In this document: piece after piece, positions 8,016 through 16,574 of the stretch
Layout of the letters: the number at the start of each line of letters is the position of its first letter
Position numbering within the stretch: position 1 is the first letter of the stretch
Assembly: GCA_913064755.1 (NCBI GenBank)
Contig: CAJYBQ010000001.1
Span: 1 to 32,316 of the forward strand
Direction of reading: 5' to 3'
Length of the DNA stretch: 32,316 nucleotides
Origin: an uncultured Alphaproteobacteria bacterium
GTDB lineage: Bacteria; Pseudomonadota; Alphaproteobacteria; Minwuiales; Minwuiaceae
Made by a program: the position numbers and the translations under genes
Notes under the pieces: generated by a model
What the model was told of the DNA's origin: nothing
What the model saw: the letters and a program-made list of their open reading frames with translations, nothing else
Databases searched by the model: none

Positions 8016-8783
8016 TCAGGTGCTGGTCCAGCCGCCTGACAGGGACACGAACTCGCCGGTCATGAAGTTGCTTTCGCCGTCCAGCAGGGCGGCGGCGACA
8101 TGGGCCACCTCGGCCGGGTTGCCCAGGCGGCGGCCGGGGATGGTGGCGAGGATCTTCGCCAGAACCGCCGGGTCGTTGGCGCCGCTGGCATCCAGGAAGC
8201 CGGGGTAGTCGAGCGCCATGGTGCCGATCGCGTTGACCGTGATGCCATGGGGCGCGGCGGTCAGCGCGGCATTGCGGACCAGCATGATGGCCCCGGCCTT
8301 GGTGGCCGAATAGACCGTGGCCTGCGGGCTCGGTTTCACCCCCGTGCCACTGCTGCCGATCAGTATCTGTCCGCCGCGCCCCTGCCCGACCAGCGGTGGC
8401 AGCAAGGCCCTCAGGGCCAGGAAAGCGGGCAGCATGTTGCCGTCGAAGGCCCGTTGCAGGTCGCCCGGCGTGGCCGACAGGATGTCACCGACAACGTGGA
8501 CGGCGGGCCGGATGAAGGCGCAGTCGAAGCCGCCGAAATGCCGGATCGCGAGATCGACGAGTTCCGGCACGGTTCCGGCTTTCGCCAGGTCTTCCGGACC
8601 AGTGAAGCCTTCCGAGACAATGACCGTGGCACCCATGGCCGTCAGTTCATCGACCAGCCCGGGGGCAGGGGCGCCGAGGACCAGGTGGTGGTTCCGTGCC
8701 GCCAGTTTCCGTGCCAGGTCGGGGCCGAGATGCTCCCGCGCGTCGGCGATGATGGCAACGCGCCCTGCTGCCCGGTCCGTCAA
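8016..8783 (-). CDS. SDR-fold protein, G-type halohydrin dehalogenase-like with variant motifs
   Basis: No TGxxxGxG (ADAREHLGP instead); S-x12-Y-x3-K; VNAIGTMALDYPGFL...RRLG...LLDG...FMTG...SGGW closely resembles HheG as recalled. TTG start overlaps the upstream TGA (TTGA, 8780-8783). Confidence 0.75.
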   Translation of the reverse strand: MTDRAAGRVAIIADAREHLGPDLARKLAARNHHLVLGAPAPGLVDELTAMGATVIVSEGFTGPEDLAKAGTVPELVDLAIRHFGGFDCAFIRPAVHVVGDILSATPGDLQRAFDGNMLPAFLALRALLPPLVGQGRGGQILIGSSGTGVKPSPQATVYSATKAGAIMLVRNAALTAAPHGITVNAIGTMALDYPGFLDASGANDPAVLAKILATIPGRRLGNPAEVAHVAAALLDGESNFMTGEFVSLSGGWTST

Positions 8784-9178
8784 GCCGCGGTCTTCTGTTG
8801 CGTCTTGCGTTCGGGCTTCGGCTTTTCCGGTTCGTCGATGTCGATCGCGGCCAGGCAGCCGGCGCGTTTCAGTTCGGGTTGCAGGCGGTCGGCGAGCCAC
8901 ATGAAGAACATGCGGAAGTCGCTGATCAGGGACCAGAAGGGATAGCGGAAGGTCGCCGGGCGGTTCTTCTCCACGAAGAAATGCGCGACCCAGGCCGGGA
9001 CATAGCCGCCAACCGCCGCGGCGAGCAGGAACCAGAGGTTGCCGGTGGCGATGGTGGCGGCGATGCCGACCACGGCCACGCCGGTGCCGAAGTAGTGCAT
9101 GCGGCGGGTCAGGATGCGCGAATGCTCACGCAGGTAATAGGGCCAGAACTGTCGGTAGTTGGTCGGCTGGCTGGACAT
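8780..9178 (-). CDS. DUF962 / Mpo1-like membrane protein
   Basis: FWPYYLREH...RRMHYFGT...AWVAHFFVEKNRPATFRYP...SDFRM. Confidence 0.92.
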   Translation of the reverse strand: MSSQPTNYRQFWPYYLREHSRILTRRMHYFGTGVAVVGIAATIATGNLWFLLAAAVGGYVPAWVAHFFVEKNRPATFRYPFWSLISDFRMFFMWLADRLQPELKRAGCLAAIDIDEPEKPKPERKTQQKTAA

Positions 9179-9246
9179 GACGGCGCCTCGGACACGCGGA
9201 CAGGGGAATGTCGGAAAAATACCTCGCGGGAACGGCCGGTCCGCAC

Positions 9247-9268
9247 TTGACGTTTACGTCAACGTAAC
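9247..9268. promoter_or_regulatory. LiuR-type operator (two overlapping palindromes)
   Basis: TTGACGTTTACGTCAA (9247-9262) and TTTACGTCAACGTAAC (9253-9268) fit the TT(T/G)ACGTnnACGT(A/C)AA LiuR box; TTGACG doubles as a -35 element. Confidence 0.85.
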
Positions 9269-9333
9269 ATAGGTAATTGGGCAATCGTCGCAAACCCTGC
9301 GTCACCCACCGTTCTGCCAGAGATTACACCATC

Positions 9334-9738
9334 ATGAGCGAATCGAAAACCTACTCCATCAGGGACCTGTCGCTGGAATACGACATCACCCCCCGCACCC
9401 TGCGTTTCTACGAGGACAAGGGCCTGTTGAGCCCGCTGCGTCGCGGCACCCAGCGCATCTACGACCGCCGCGACAAGGGTCGCCTGGCGCTGATCCTGCG
9501 CGGCAAGCGCCTGGGCTTCAGCCTGGCCGAGATCCGCAACTGGCTGGACCTCTACGACGTCCGCGACGGCCAGGTCGCCCAGGCCCGGATGCTGCTCGAC
9601 GCCTCCGAGGACCGGATGCAGGCGCTGCTGTCGCAGCGCGAGGAACTGAACCAGACCATCGAGGAACTGAAGGCCCAGATGCAGCAGGTCGAAGGCTGGC
9701 TGGACGAGCAGGGCCTTGCCGCCGAGGCCGCGGACTGA
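9334..9738 (+). CDS. liuR: MerR family regulator, LiuR type
   Basis: YSIRDLSLEYDITPRTLRFYEDKGLLSP...RLALILRGKRLGFSLAEI; upstream LiuR box and downstream acyl-CoA genes. Confidence 0.85.
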   Translation: MSESKTYSIRDLSLEYDITPRTLRFYEDKGLLSPLRRGTQRIYDRRDKGRLALILRGKRLGFSLAEIRNWLDLYDVRDGQVAQARMLLDASEDRMQALLSQREELNQTIEELKAQMQQVEGWLDEQGLAAEAAD

Positions 9739-9773
9739 GGCCGACGGAACCAGGGCTGACGCATTGATCGGTC

Positions 9774-9835
9774 GCGCCGCCTCTTCCCGATCCGGTTCCC
9801 GAAGCAGGAACCGCGAGACGGGGGCGAGGGGGCAC
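9774..9835. repeat. Imperfect palindromic element between liuR and the thiolase gene
   Basis: Inner stem cggttcc/ggaaccg (9793-9813); outer arms gcgccgcctcttcccg / cgggggcgagggggcac resemble the arms of the 6009-6097 element. Confidence 0.5.
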
Positions 9836-9879
9836 AGCGGCCTGGAAACAAGCTATCCAACCGAGGGAGTTCACCCGAT

Positions 9880-11016
9880 ATGACCAACGTGGTTATCGCT
9901 GGCTACCAGCGCTCACCCTTCACCTTTGCCCACAAGGGCGCCCTGGCGAAGGTTCGCCCCGACGAGATCACCGCACAGGTGGTCAAGGCGCTGGTGGCGA
10001 AGACCGGTGTCGATACCGCCGACCTGGAAGACCTGATCGTCGGCTGCGCCTTCCCCGAGGGCGAGCAGGGCCTGAACGTCGCCCGCCTGATCAGCTTCCT
10101 GGCCGAGCTGCCGCAGTCCGTTGCCGGTACCACCGTCAACCGCTTCTGCGGCTCTTCCATGACCTCCATCCACATGGCCGCAGGCGCGATCGCCATGGGT
10201 GCGGGCCAGGCCTTCATCTGTGCCGGTATCGAGAGCATGAGCCGGGTGCCGATGGCCGGGTTCAACCCCGCGCCGCATCCGGGCCTCTACCAGCGCTATC
10301 CGGAAGCCTATGTCTCCATGGGCATCACCGCCGAGAACCTGGCGAAGAAATACGACATCTCCCGCGCCGAGCAGGAAGCGGTTGCCGTCGAGAGCCACGC
10401 CCGTGCCGCCAAGGCGCAGGCCGAAGGCAAGCTGGCCGACGAGATCGTCGCCATTGTCGATGGCAACATCCGCGTGGAGCAGGACGGCTGCATCCGTGCC
10501 GGCACCACCGGTGACGACCTGTCGGGCCTGAAGCCCGCCTTCGACCAGAACGGTTCCGTCACCGCGGGCACCTCCTCGCCGCTGACCGACGGCGCTTCCG
10601 CCGTGCTGGTCTGCTCCGAGGAATATGCCGATGCGCACGGGCTGGAAAAGCTGGCCCGCATCCGCTCCGTCGCCGTGGCCGGCTGCGCCCCCGAGATCAT
10701 GGGCATCGGCCCGGTTCCGGCAACCGAGAAGGCGCTGCAGCGTGCCGGCCTGACGGTGGCCGACCTGGACATCATCGAACTGAACGAGGCCTTTTCCGCG
10801 CAGGCGCTGGCCGTGATGAAGGAAACCGGCATTTCCTTCGACAACACCAATATCGATGGCGGCGCGCTGGCGCTGGGCCATCCGCTGGGTGCCACGGGCG
10901 CGCGCATCACCGGCAAGGCCGCCGCGCTGCTGAAGCGCGAGGGCAAGGGCCTGGCGCTGGCGACGCAGTGCATCGGTGGCGGGCAGGGCATCGCCACGGT
11001 TCTGGAGGCCTGCTGA
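9880..11016 (+). CDS. fadA: Thiolase (acetyl-CoA C-acyltransferase)
   Basis: NRFCGSS, ELNEAF, GHPLGATG and CIGGGQG motifs all intact. Confidence 0.93.
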   Translation: MTNVVIAGYQRSPFTFAHKGALAKVRPDEITAQVVKALVAKTGVDTADLEDLIVGCAFPEGEQGLNVARLISFLAELPQSVAGTTVNRFCGSSMTSIHMAAGAIAMGAGQAFICAGIESMSRVPMAGFNPAPHPGLYQRYPEAYVSMGITAENLAKKYDISRAEQEAVAVESHARAAKAQAEGKLADEIVAIVDGNIRVEQDGCIRAGTTGDDLSGLKPAFDQNGSVTAGTSSPLTDGASAVLVCSEEYADAHGLEKLARIRSVAVAGCAPEIMGIGPVPATEKALQRAGLTVADLDIIELNEAFSAQALAVMKETGISFDNTNIDGGALALGHPLGATGARITGKAAALLKREGKGLALATQCIGGGQGIATVLEAC

Positions 11017-11017
11017 T

Positions 11018-12352
11018 ATGGCCGAGATCAGGAAAGTCGCGGTCATCGGCGCCGGCGTGATGGGGGCAGGTATCGCCGCCCATATCGCCAATGCCGGTGT
11101 GCCGGTGGTGCTGCTCGACATCGTGCCGCAGGGCGCGAACGACCACTCCACGATCGCCAGGGGCGCGGTCGCTAAGATGCTGAAGACCAACCCCGCACCG
11201 TTCATGCACAAGCGCAATGCAAGGCTGATCGAGACCGGCAACCTGGAAGACGACCTGGGATCGCTGGCCGATTGCGACTGGATCTGCGAGGCGATCATCG
11301 AGAACCCGCAGATCAAGCGCGATCTCTACAAGCGCCTGAACGAGGTGCGCAAGCCGGGTTCCATCGTCACGTCGAACACCTCCACCATTCCGCTGAACGT
11401 GCTGACAGAAGGCCTGGGCGAGGATTTCGCGGGCGATTTCGCCATCACGCATTTCTTCAACCCGCCGCGCTACATGCGGCTGCTGGAAGTGGTCAAGGGG
11501 GCGAAGACCCGCGACGATGCCTTCGCGGCGCTGAAGCAGTTCGGCGACGTGAAGCTGGGCAAGGAAGTGGTCGACTGCAAGGACACGCCGGGCTTCATCG
11601 GCAACCGCATCGGCTGCTTCCTGATGCTGTCCGGGCTGCACAAGGCAAAGGCCGCTCGCGCCGAGGGCCTGAGCCAGGAAACCATCGACGCGCTGATCTC
11701 CGCACCGGTCGGCCTGCCACCGACCGGCCTCTACGGCCTGATCGACCTCATCGGTCTCGACGTGATGTACCTGGTCGGCAGGAACCTGGCGACGAACCTG
11801 CCAGCCGACGACACGGGGCATGCCTTCACCAGCTTCCCCGAGGCGGAACAGCGGATGTTCGACACCAGGCAACTCGGTCGCAAGTCCGGCGGCGGGTTCT
11901 ACCGCATGATCAAGGACGCGGAGGGCAACCGCAGCAAGGAGGTCTTCGATCTCGACACGGGGAACTGGCGCGCTGAAAGCCCCGCCACCCTGACCGAGAG
12001 CCAGCGGGCTGCCGAAACGCTGATGTTCGAGGATTCGGTGGAGGGCCGGTTTGCCTGGGACCTGATGGGCGGAACGCTGAGCTACGCCGCCGACCTGGTA
12101 CCGCAGATCTCCGACGACGTGGTCAATATCGACCGGGCCATGCGCTGGGGCTTTGCCTGGCGCAAGGGACCGTTCGAATTCCTGGACCAGCTTGGTCCCC
12201 GGCGCGTGATCGAGCGGCTGCAGGCGGAGGGCAAGCCCCTGCCCGCCATGCTGCAGGTGCTTGCCGATGCAGGCGCTGAAAGCTTCTACCTTGCCGAGGG
12301 TTCGGAATACCTGGGGCTGGACGGCGCCTGGCACGCCACGCCGCCCGAGTAA
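11018..12352 (+). CDS. 3-hydroxyacyl-CoA dehydrogenase (FadN-like, no hydratase domain)
   Basis: GAGVMGAGIA, SNTSTI, HFFNPPRYMRLLE, DTPGFIGNRIG, IDRAMRWGFAW..GPFE. Confidence 0.93.
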   Translation: MAEIRKVAVIGAGVMGAGIAAHIANAGVPVVLLDIVPQGANDHSTIARGAVAKMLKTNPAPFMHKRNARLIETGNLEDDLGSLADCDWICEAIIENPQIKRDLYKRLNEVRKPGSIVTSNTSTIPLNVLTEGLGEDFAGDFAITHFFNPPRYMRLLEVVKGAKTRDDAFAALKQFGDVKLGKEVVDCKDTPGFIGNRIGCFLMLSGLHKAKAARAEGLSQETIDALISAPVGLPPTGLYGLIDLIGLDVMYLVGRNLATNLPADDTGHAFTSFPEAEQRMFDTRQLGRKSGGGFYRMIKDAEGNRSKEVFDLDTGNWRAESPATLTESQRAAETLMFEDSVEGRFAWDLMGGTLSYAADLVPQISDDVVNIDRAMRWGFAWRKGPFEFLDQLGPRRVIERLQAEGKPLPAMLQVLADAGAESFYLAEGSEYLGLDGAWHATPPE

Positions 12353-12383
12353 GGCGGTGCCTTGAGAAGCCGGGGCGTCAGCC

Positions 12384-12614
12384 TCAGTTCTTCGTCAGGT
12401 TGCCGCAGCTGGTGCAATGCTTCGCGTCGGGCGTATAGGCACCGCAACTGTCGCACTGGACCAGGTCGACAGCGCCGTCGCGCGCCTGCCCCCTTGCCGG
12501 GGGCTGGGTGTCGCCGTCACGTTTCACCTTGGTCTGGCGACCACCGCTGAGGGCGCGAAAGCCGTAGACAACGACGGCCACGGCCGCGACCAGCACGAGT
12601 ATCTTCAGCCACAT
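12384..12614 (-). CDS. Small membrane-anchored protein with C-terminal zinc ribbon
   Basis: GGAG RBS; N-terminal TM helix; DLVQCDSCGAY...HCTSCG (two CxxC). Confidence 0.75.
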   Translation of the reverse strand: MWLKILVLVAAVAVVVYGFRALSGGRQTKVKRDGDTQPPARGQARDGAVDLVQCDSCGAYTPDAKHCTSCGNLTKN

Positions 12615-12654
12615 GTGCCTGCTCCACCCGTCATTGCGTCTTCTGCCTGCTTGA

Positions 12655-13962
12655 TCATCGTTCCACCCGACGGACAAAGACCGTCCGTCCCTCCACTACC
12701 GTCCGGACAGCGTGCCCTTGCAGGGGCCGTTCATCAAACGGAGAATTCTTGGATTTCGACCGGAACTTCTTGCTGTCGACAATCCAGGGCGCGCCGGGAT
12801 CGAAGATCACCAGGTCGGCGGGATGCCCCGCCGCCAGGATGCCGCAATCGAGCCCCAGCAGTCGCGCCGGGTTGCAGGTCATGCAGGCCAGTACCGACAG
12901 CAAGGGCACGTCTTCGCTCATGTGCAGTTGCAGGCCCAGCGCCAGCATGGTCTCCAGGCCCACCGCGCCGAACTCGGCCTGCTCGAAGGGCTGACGCTTG
13001 GCTTCCGGATCTTCCGGCGCATGGCCGGACGAAATCACGTCGATGGTGCCGTCGCGGATCGCGGCCACAACCGCACGCCGGTCATCCTCCGACCTGAGCG
13101 GCGGCGAAACCTTGGCGAAGGTGCGATAGCCGTTCACCTCGTTCTCGTTCAGCGCGAAATACAGCGGCGCGGTGCCGCAGGTGACGGGCAGACCGTCGGC
13201 CTTGGCCCTTCGCACCGCGTCCAGCGCCTTGGCGGTGGTCAGATGCGCCGCGTGGTATCGTGCACCGGTCATCTCCACCAGCCGGATGTCACGGTCCACC
13301 ATGATGGTCTCCGCGGCGGTCGGAATGCCCTTCATCCCCAGCCGGGTGGCCAGCTCCCCTTCGTTCATCGCACCGTTGCGGGCCAGCGAAGGCTCCTCCG
13401 CATGCTGGACGATCAGCGCATCGAAAGCGGTCGCGTAGCTGAGTACCCGGCGCATCACCGTGGCATCCGCGATCGCGCGATCACCATCGGTGAAGGCCAC
13501 GGCACCGGCGGCCTGCAACAGGCCGAATTCCGTCAGCTGCTTCCCTTCCAGCCGCTGTGTCGCGGCGGCAAAGGGGCGGATATGAACGTCGGAACCTTCG
13601 TTGGCGCGGCGGTGGACGTATTCCACCAGCGCCACGTTGTCGATCACCGGGTCCGTGTTGGGCATGGTGCAGAGGGTCGTGATGCCCCCTGCACGCGCCG
13701 CCGCGGCAGCGCTTTCGAAGCTTTCCTTGTGCTCCGCACCCGGCTCCCCGATGCGGGCGTGCATGTCGACCAGCCCCGGTGCCAGGCAAAGCCCGTCCAG
13801 ATCGATCACTTCCATGTGGCCCGGTGTGCCATCGGGAAAGATGTCCGGTCCGACATCCACGATCATGCCGTCTTCGATCAGCACGTGCCCGATCTCGTCG
13901 CGCCCGGAGGCCGGGTCGAGCAATCGGGCGTTCATGTAGGCGAAGCGCAGTCGATCAGGCAT
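12655..13962 (-). CDS. pyrC: Dihydroorotase-like protein, probably the inactive PyrC' type
   Basis: [38 protein letters not shown]; overlaps the pyrB stop. Confidence 0.92.
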   Translation of the reverse strand: MPDRLRFAYMNARLLDPASGRDEIGHVLIEDGMIVDVGPDIFPDGTPGHMEVIDLDGLCLAPGLVDMHARIGEPGAEHKESFESAAAAARAGGITTLCTMPNTDPVIDNVALVEYVHRRANEGSDVHIRPFAAATQRLEGKQLTEFGLLQAAGAVAFTDGDRAIADATVMRRVLSYATAFDALIVQHAEEPSLARNGAMNEGELATRLGMKGIPTAAETIMVDRDIRLVEMTGARYHAAHLTTAKALDAVRRAKADGLPVTCGTAPLYFALNENEVNGYRTFAKVSPPLRSEDDRRAVVAAIRDGTIDVISSGHAPEDPEAKRQPFEQAEFGAVGLETMLALGLQLHMSEDVPLLSVLACMTCNPARLLGLDCGILAAGHPADLVIFDPGAPWIVDSKKFRSKSKNSPFDERPLQGHAVRTVVEGRTVFVRRVER

Positions 13963-14929
13963 TGCCGACCACCCTGTTCCTGCGTCCGGCAACCAGCAGG
14001 CGAAGGACCGCCATGCGGACAGCGACCCCCATCTCCACCTGTTCCCGGATAACGCTGCGATGAATGTCATCGGCAACGTCCGTGTCGATCTCGACACCAC
14101 GGTTCATCGGACCGGGATGCATGATCAGCGCATCCGGCTTGGCATAGGACAGCTTCTCATGATCCAGGCCGTAGAAGTGATAGTACTCGCGGACCGACGG
14201 CAGGAATGACCCCTGCATCCGCTCCCGCTGCAGACGCAGCATCATCACGACATCGACATCCCGCAGGCCCTGGCGCATGTCGGTGAAGGCCTCGACGCCC
14301 AACCGCTCGATCCCGCTGGGCAGCAGCGTCGGTGGCGCGATCACCCGCACCCGCGCACCCATGGTGTTCAGCAGGTAGATGTTGGACCGCGCAACGCGGC
14401 TGTGCATCACGTCGCCGGCGATGGCGATCGTCAGCCCCTCGAGCCGCTTCAGGCGCCGCACGATGGTCAGCGCATCCAGCAAGGCCTGCGTCGGGTGCTC
14501 GTGCTGCCCGTCGCCCCCGTTGACGACGGCGCAATCGACCTTCTGCGACAGCAGTGCCACGGCACCCGAATCCGGATGGCGCACCACCAGGACATCGGGA
14601 TGCATCGCGTTCAGCGTCATCGCGGTGTCGATCAGCGTCTCGCCCTTCTTGGTGGAAGAGGCTTCGACGGACATGTTGATCGTGTCCGCGCCGAGCCGCT
14701 TGCCCGCCAGCTCGAACGAGGTGCGTGTCCGCGTCGAGTTCTCGAAGAACAGGTTGATCTGGGTCCGCCCCTGCAGATCCGTCAGCTTCTTCTTGTCCTG
14801 GCGATTGAGTTCGATGAACTCCTCCGACAGGTCGAGGATGCGCTGGATATCGGAACGGGAAAGGTCCTGCATCCCCAAAAGATGCTTGTGGGGGAAAGGA
14901 ATATCTTGGAATTCGCCCGGTGCTTTCAT
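13955..14929 (-). CDS. pyrB: Aspartate carbamoyltransferase catalytic subunit
   Basis: [35 protein letters not shown]. Confidence 0.98.
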   Translation of the reverse strand: MKAPGEFQDIPFPHKHLLGMQDLSRSDIQRILDLSEEFIELNRQDKKKLTDLQGRTQINLFFENSTRTRTSFELAGKRLGADTINMSVEASSTKKGETLIDTAMTLNAMHPDVLVVRHPDSGAVALLSQKVDCAVVNGGDGQHEHPTQALLDALTIVRRLKRLEGLTIAIAGDVMHSRVARSNIYLLNTMGARVRVIAPPTLLPSGIERLGVEAFTDMRQGLRDVDVVMMLRLQRERMQGSFLPSVREYYHFYGLDHEKLSYAKPDALIMHPGPMNRGVEIDTDVADDIHRSVIREQVEMGVAVRMAVLRLLVAGRRNRVVGNA

Positions 14930-15072
14930 CGGCGGCGAACAATAGGGACCATATCGGATCGTGCAAGCCCTATCAGCCATCCCCCGGAATTTCCGGCATG
15001 TTTCATCCTGTCCGCCCCGCGGCAGTGCCGCTAACATGAACCTCGAATCGTCAGGAACGGGGTGACGGTCAG

Positions 15073-15858
15073 ATGTTCGACAGGCTTGCCAGAAACGTGC
15101 TTCCCGGGTTGATGCTCGCTGCCGCGCTTGTCGTGTGGAGCGCGCCCGGTGCCGCACAGACCACGACCAACGTGTCGGAAAGCGGCGCGGTCCTGACCAA
15201 TGCGGAAATCCTGACCGCCTTCGACATTGCCGCATTTGGCCCGGCAGATCGCACCGACCCTCACCTCTACCGCTGGCCCGCGGGGAAGGCGATCACGGTA
15301 CGCACGATCGGATCGTCGCCGGCATCCTATCGGCAGTGGGTCACCGCCCACCTGGCGGCCCTGTCGGACCTGACCGGGCTGGACATCCAGACGACGGACG
15401 GCATTGGTGCCGATGTCATCATCGCCTTCGTGCCAAGCTTCGGCGAAGTTTTGGAAGGCCGCTACAACCACCTGCTGGACCGCTTCGTGGCGACCGGCGA
15501 CCGACGCGACGAACTGCTGACCGGATACCGTGCGGCCCGGGCCGTATGTGCCGGGCAGGTCAATGCCCGGGGCAGCGCCATGGCGGAGGCCATCGTGTTC
15601 GTTCCCACCGATCCCATGCCCCCCGTGGTACATGCCTGCATTGCCGCACAGGTGTCACGCATTCTCGGGCTGCCGTTCGCGCTGCCACAGGGAACGCCAT
15701 CGACCCTGGCAATCGCCAGCCCGTTCGCGCATCTGACGGAACTGGACCGCATCATGCTGCTGATGCTGTATCACCCGCGCATGCGGGCCGGGATCACCCG
15801 CGATGATGCACGCACCGTCGCGCGCTCCATCCTGCCGGAAATACTGACTGCCGATTGA
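15073..15858 (+). CDS. DUF2927-like exported protein
   Basis: Signal peptide; F..AAFG...LYRW...LSDLTGLDI...C...C...ILGLP...[20 protein letters not shown] pattern. Confidence 0.7.
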   Translation: MFDRLARNVLPGLMLAAALVVWSAPGAAQTTTNVSESGAVLTNAEILTAFDIAAFGPADRTDPHLYRWPAGKAITVRTIGSSPASYRQWVTAHLAALSDLTGLDIQTTDGIGADVIIAFVPSFGEVLEGRYNHLLDRFVATGDRRDELLTGYRAARAVCAGQVNARGSAMAEAIVFVPTDPMPPVVHACIAAQVSRILGLPFALPQGTPSTLAIASPFAHLTELDRIMLLMLYHPRMRAGITRDDARTVARSILPEILTAD

Positions 15859-15880
15859 GGTCCGCCGGGTTCCCTGCCTG

Positions 15881-16522
15881 TCAGGCCCGCGGCTGATCCG
15901 TCTGTCCCCCGGCCTGCGGACCCAGGCGCCGCCCGTTTCTTTCGCGCACCTTCTGCTGCCGCAAGGCCCGGCGCTTCCGAAACCGTTCGATGAAGCGTTT
16001 CGACCAGAAATACCCGGCCCAGGAAAAGCCGATCGCCCAGGGCACGGAGCCCACGAACAGGGGCAGGCCCCATATCTCGAACAACGCCACCGTGCCGACC
16101 CAGAGCGCTTCCAGGATGCCGGAATCCGTCGTCACGACAGAGGTCAGCTGGGTGGTGAACTGTTCCAGCCCGATACCGCCCAGCTCATCGAACCGTCCGA
16201 GCATCAGCTGCCCGGTCTGCAGGAACATGTAGTAGATCGGGCCGATGGTGAAGATGTTGGTGACCCAGACCCAGGCGAAGGCCGAAATGACGTGGAAATT
16301 GAAACGCGGCCCCGCCGCCTTGGCCAGCATCCAGATCAGCAGGACGGCGATCAACTGCACCCCCACCGTCGGCGTGAAGGCAACGGCGAGCCCGACCGCA
16401 ACACCCCGCGCGACATGCTCCGCCGGTGCCTGGCCGCGCTTCAGCGGCACGATCAGCTTCATGCGGGTCAAGCGTCCCAGATTCTGTATGTAACCGCGAC
16501 GTTCGCGTAAGGGTTCCTGCAC
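15881..16522 (-). CDS. DUF2062 family membrane protein (start uncertain)
   Basis: VARGVAVGLAVAFTPTVGVQ...WVTNIFT...PLFVGS. Confidence 0.85.
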   Translation of the reverse strand: MQEPLRERRGYIQNLGRLTRMKLIVPLKRGQAPAEHVARGVAVGLAVAFTPTVGVQLIAVLLIWMLAKAAGPRFNFHVISAFAWVWVTNIFTIGPIYYMFLQTGQLMLGRFDELGGIGLEQFTTQLTSVVTTDSGILEALWVGTVALFEIWGLPLFVGSVPWAIGFSWAGYFWSKRFIERFRKRRALRQQKVRERNGRRLGPQAGGQTDQPRA

Positions 16523-16574
16523 CGCTACTTTCCCCTGGAGCCGAGAGTGGCCCGCAAATCTAGACACAATCCAG

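Noticed and set aside
14930-14970. TTGCAC-N16-TATTGT promoter or a pyrimidine attenuator upstream of pyrB
   Set aside because: The spacer is suboptimal and no leader peptide, U-tract or PyrR site is visible; plausible but unsupported.
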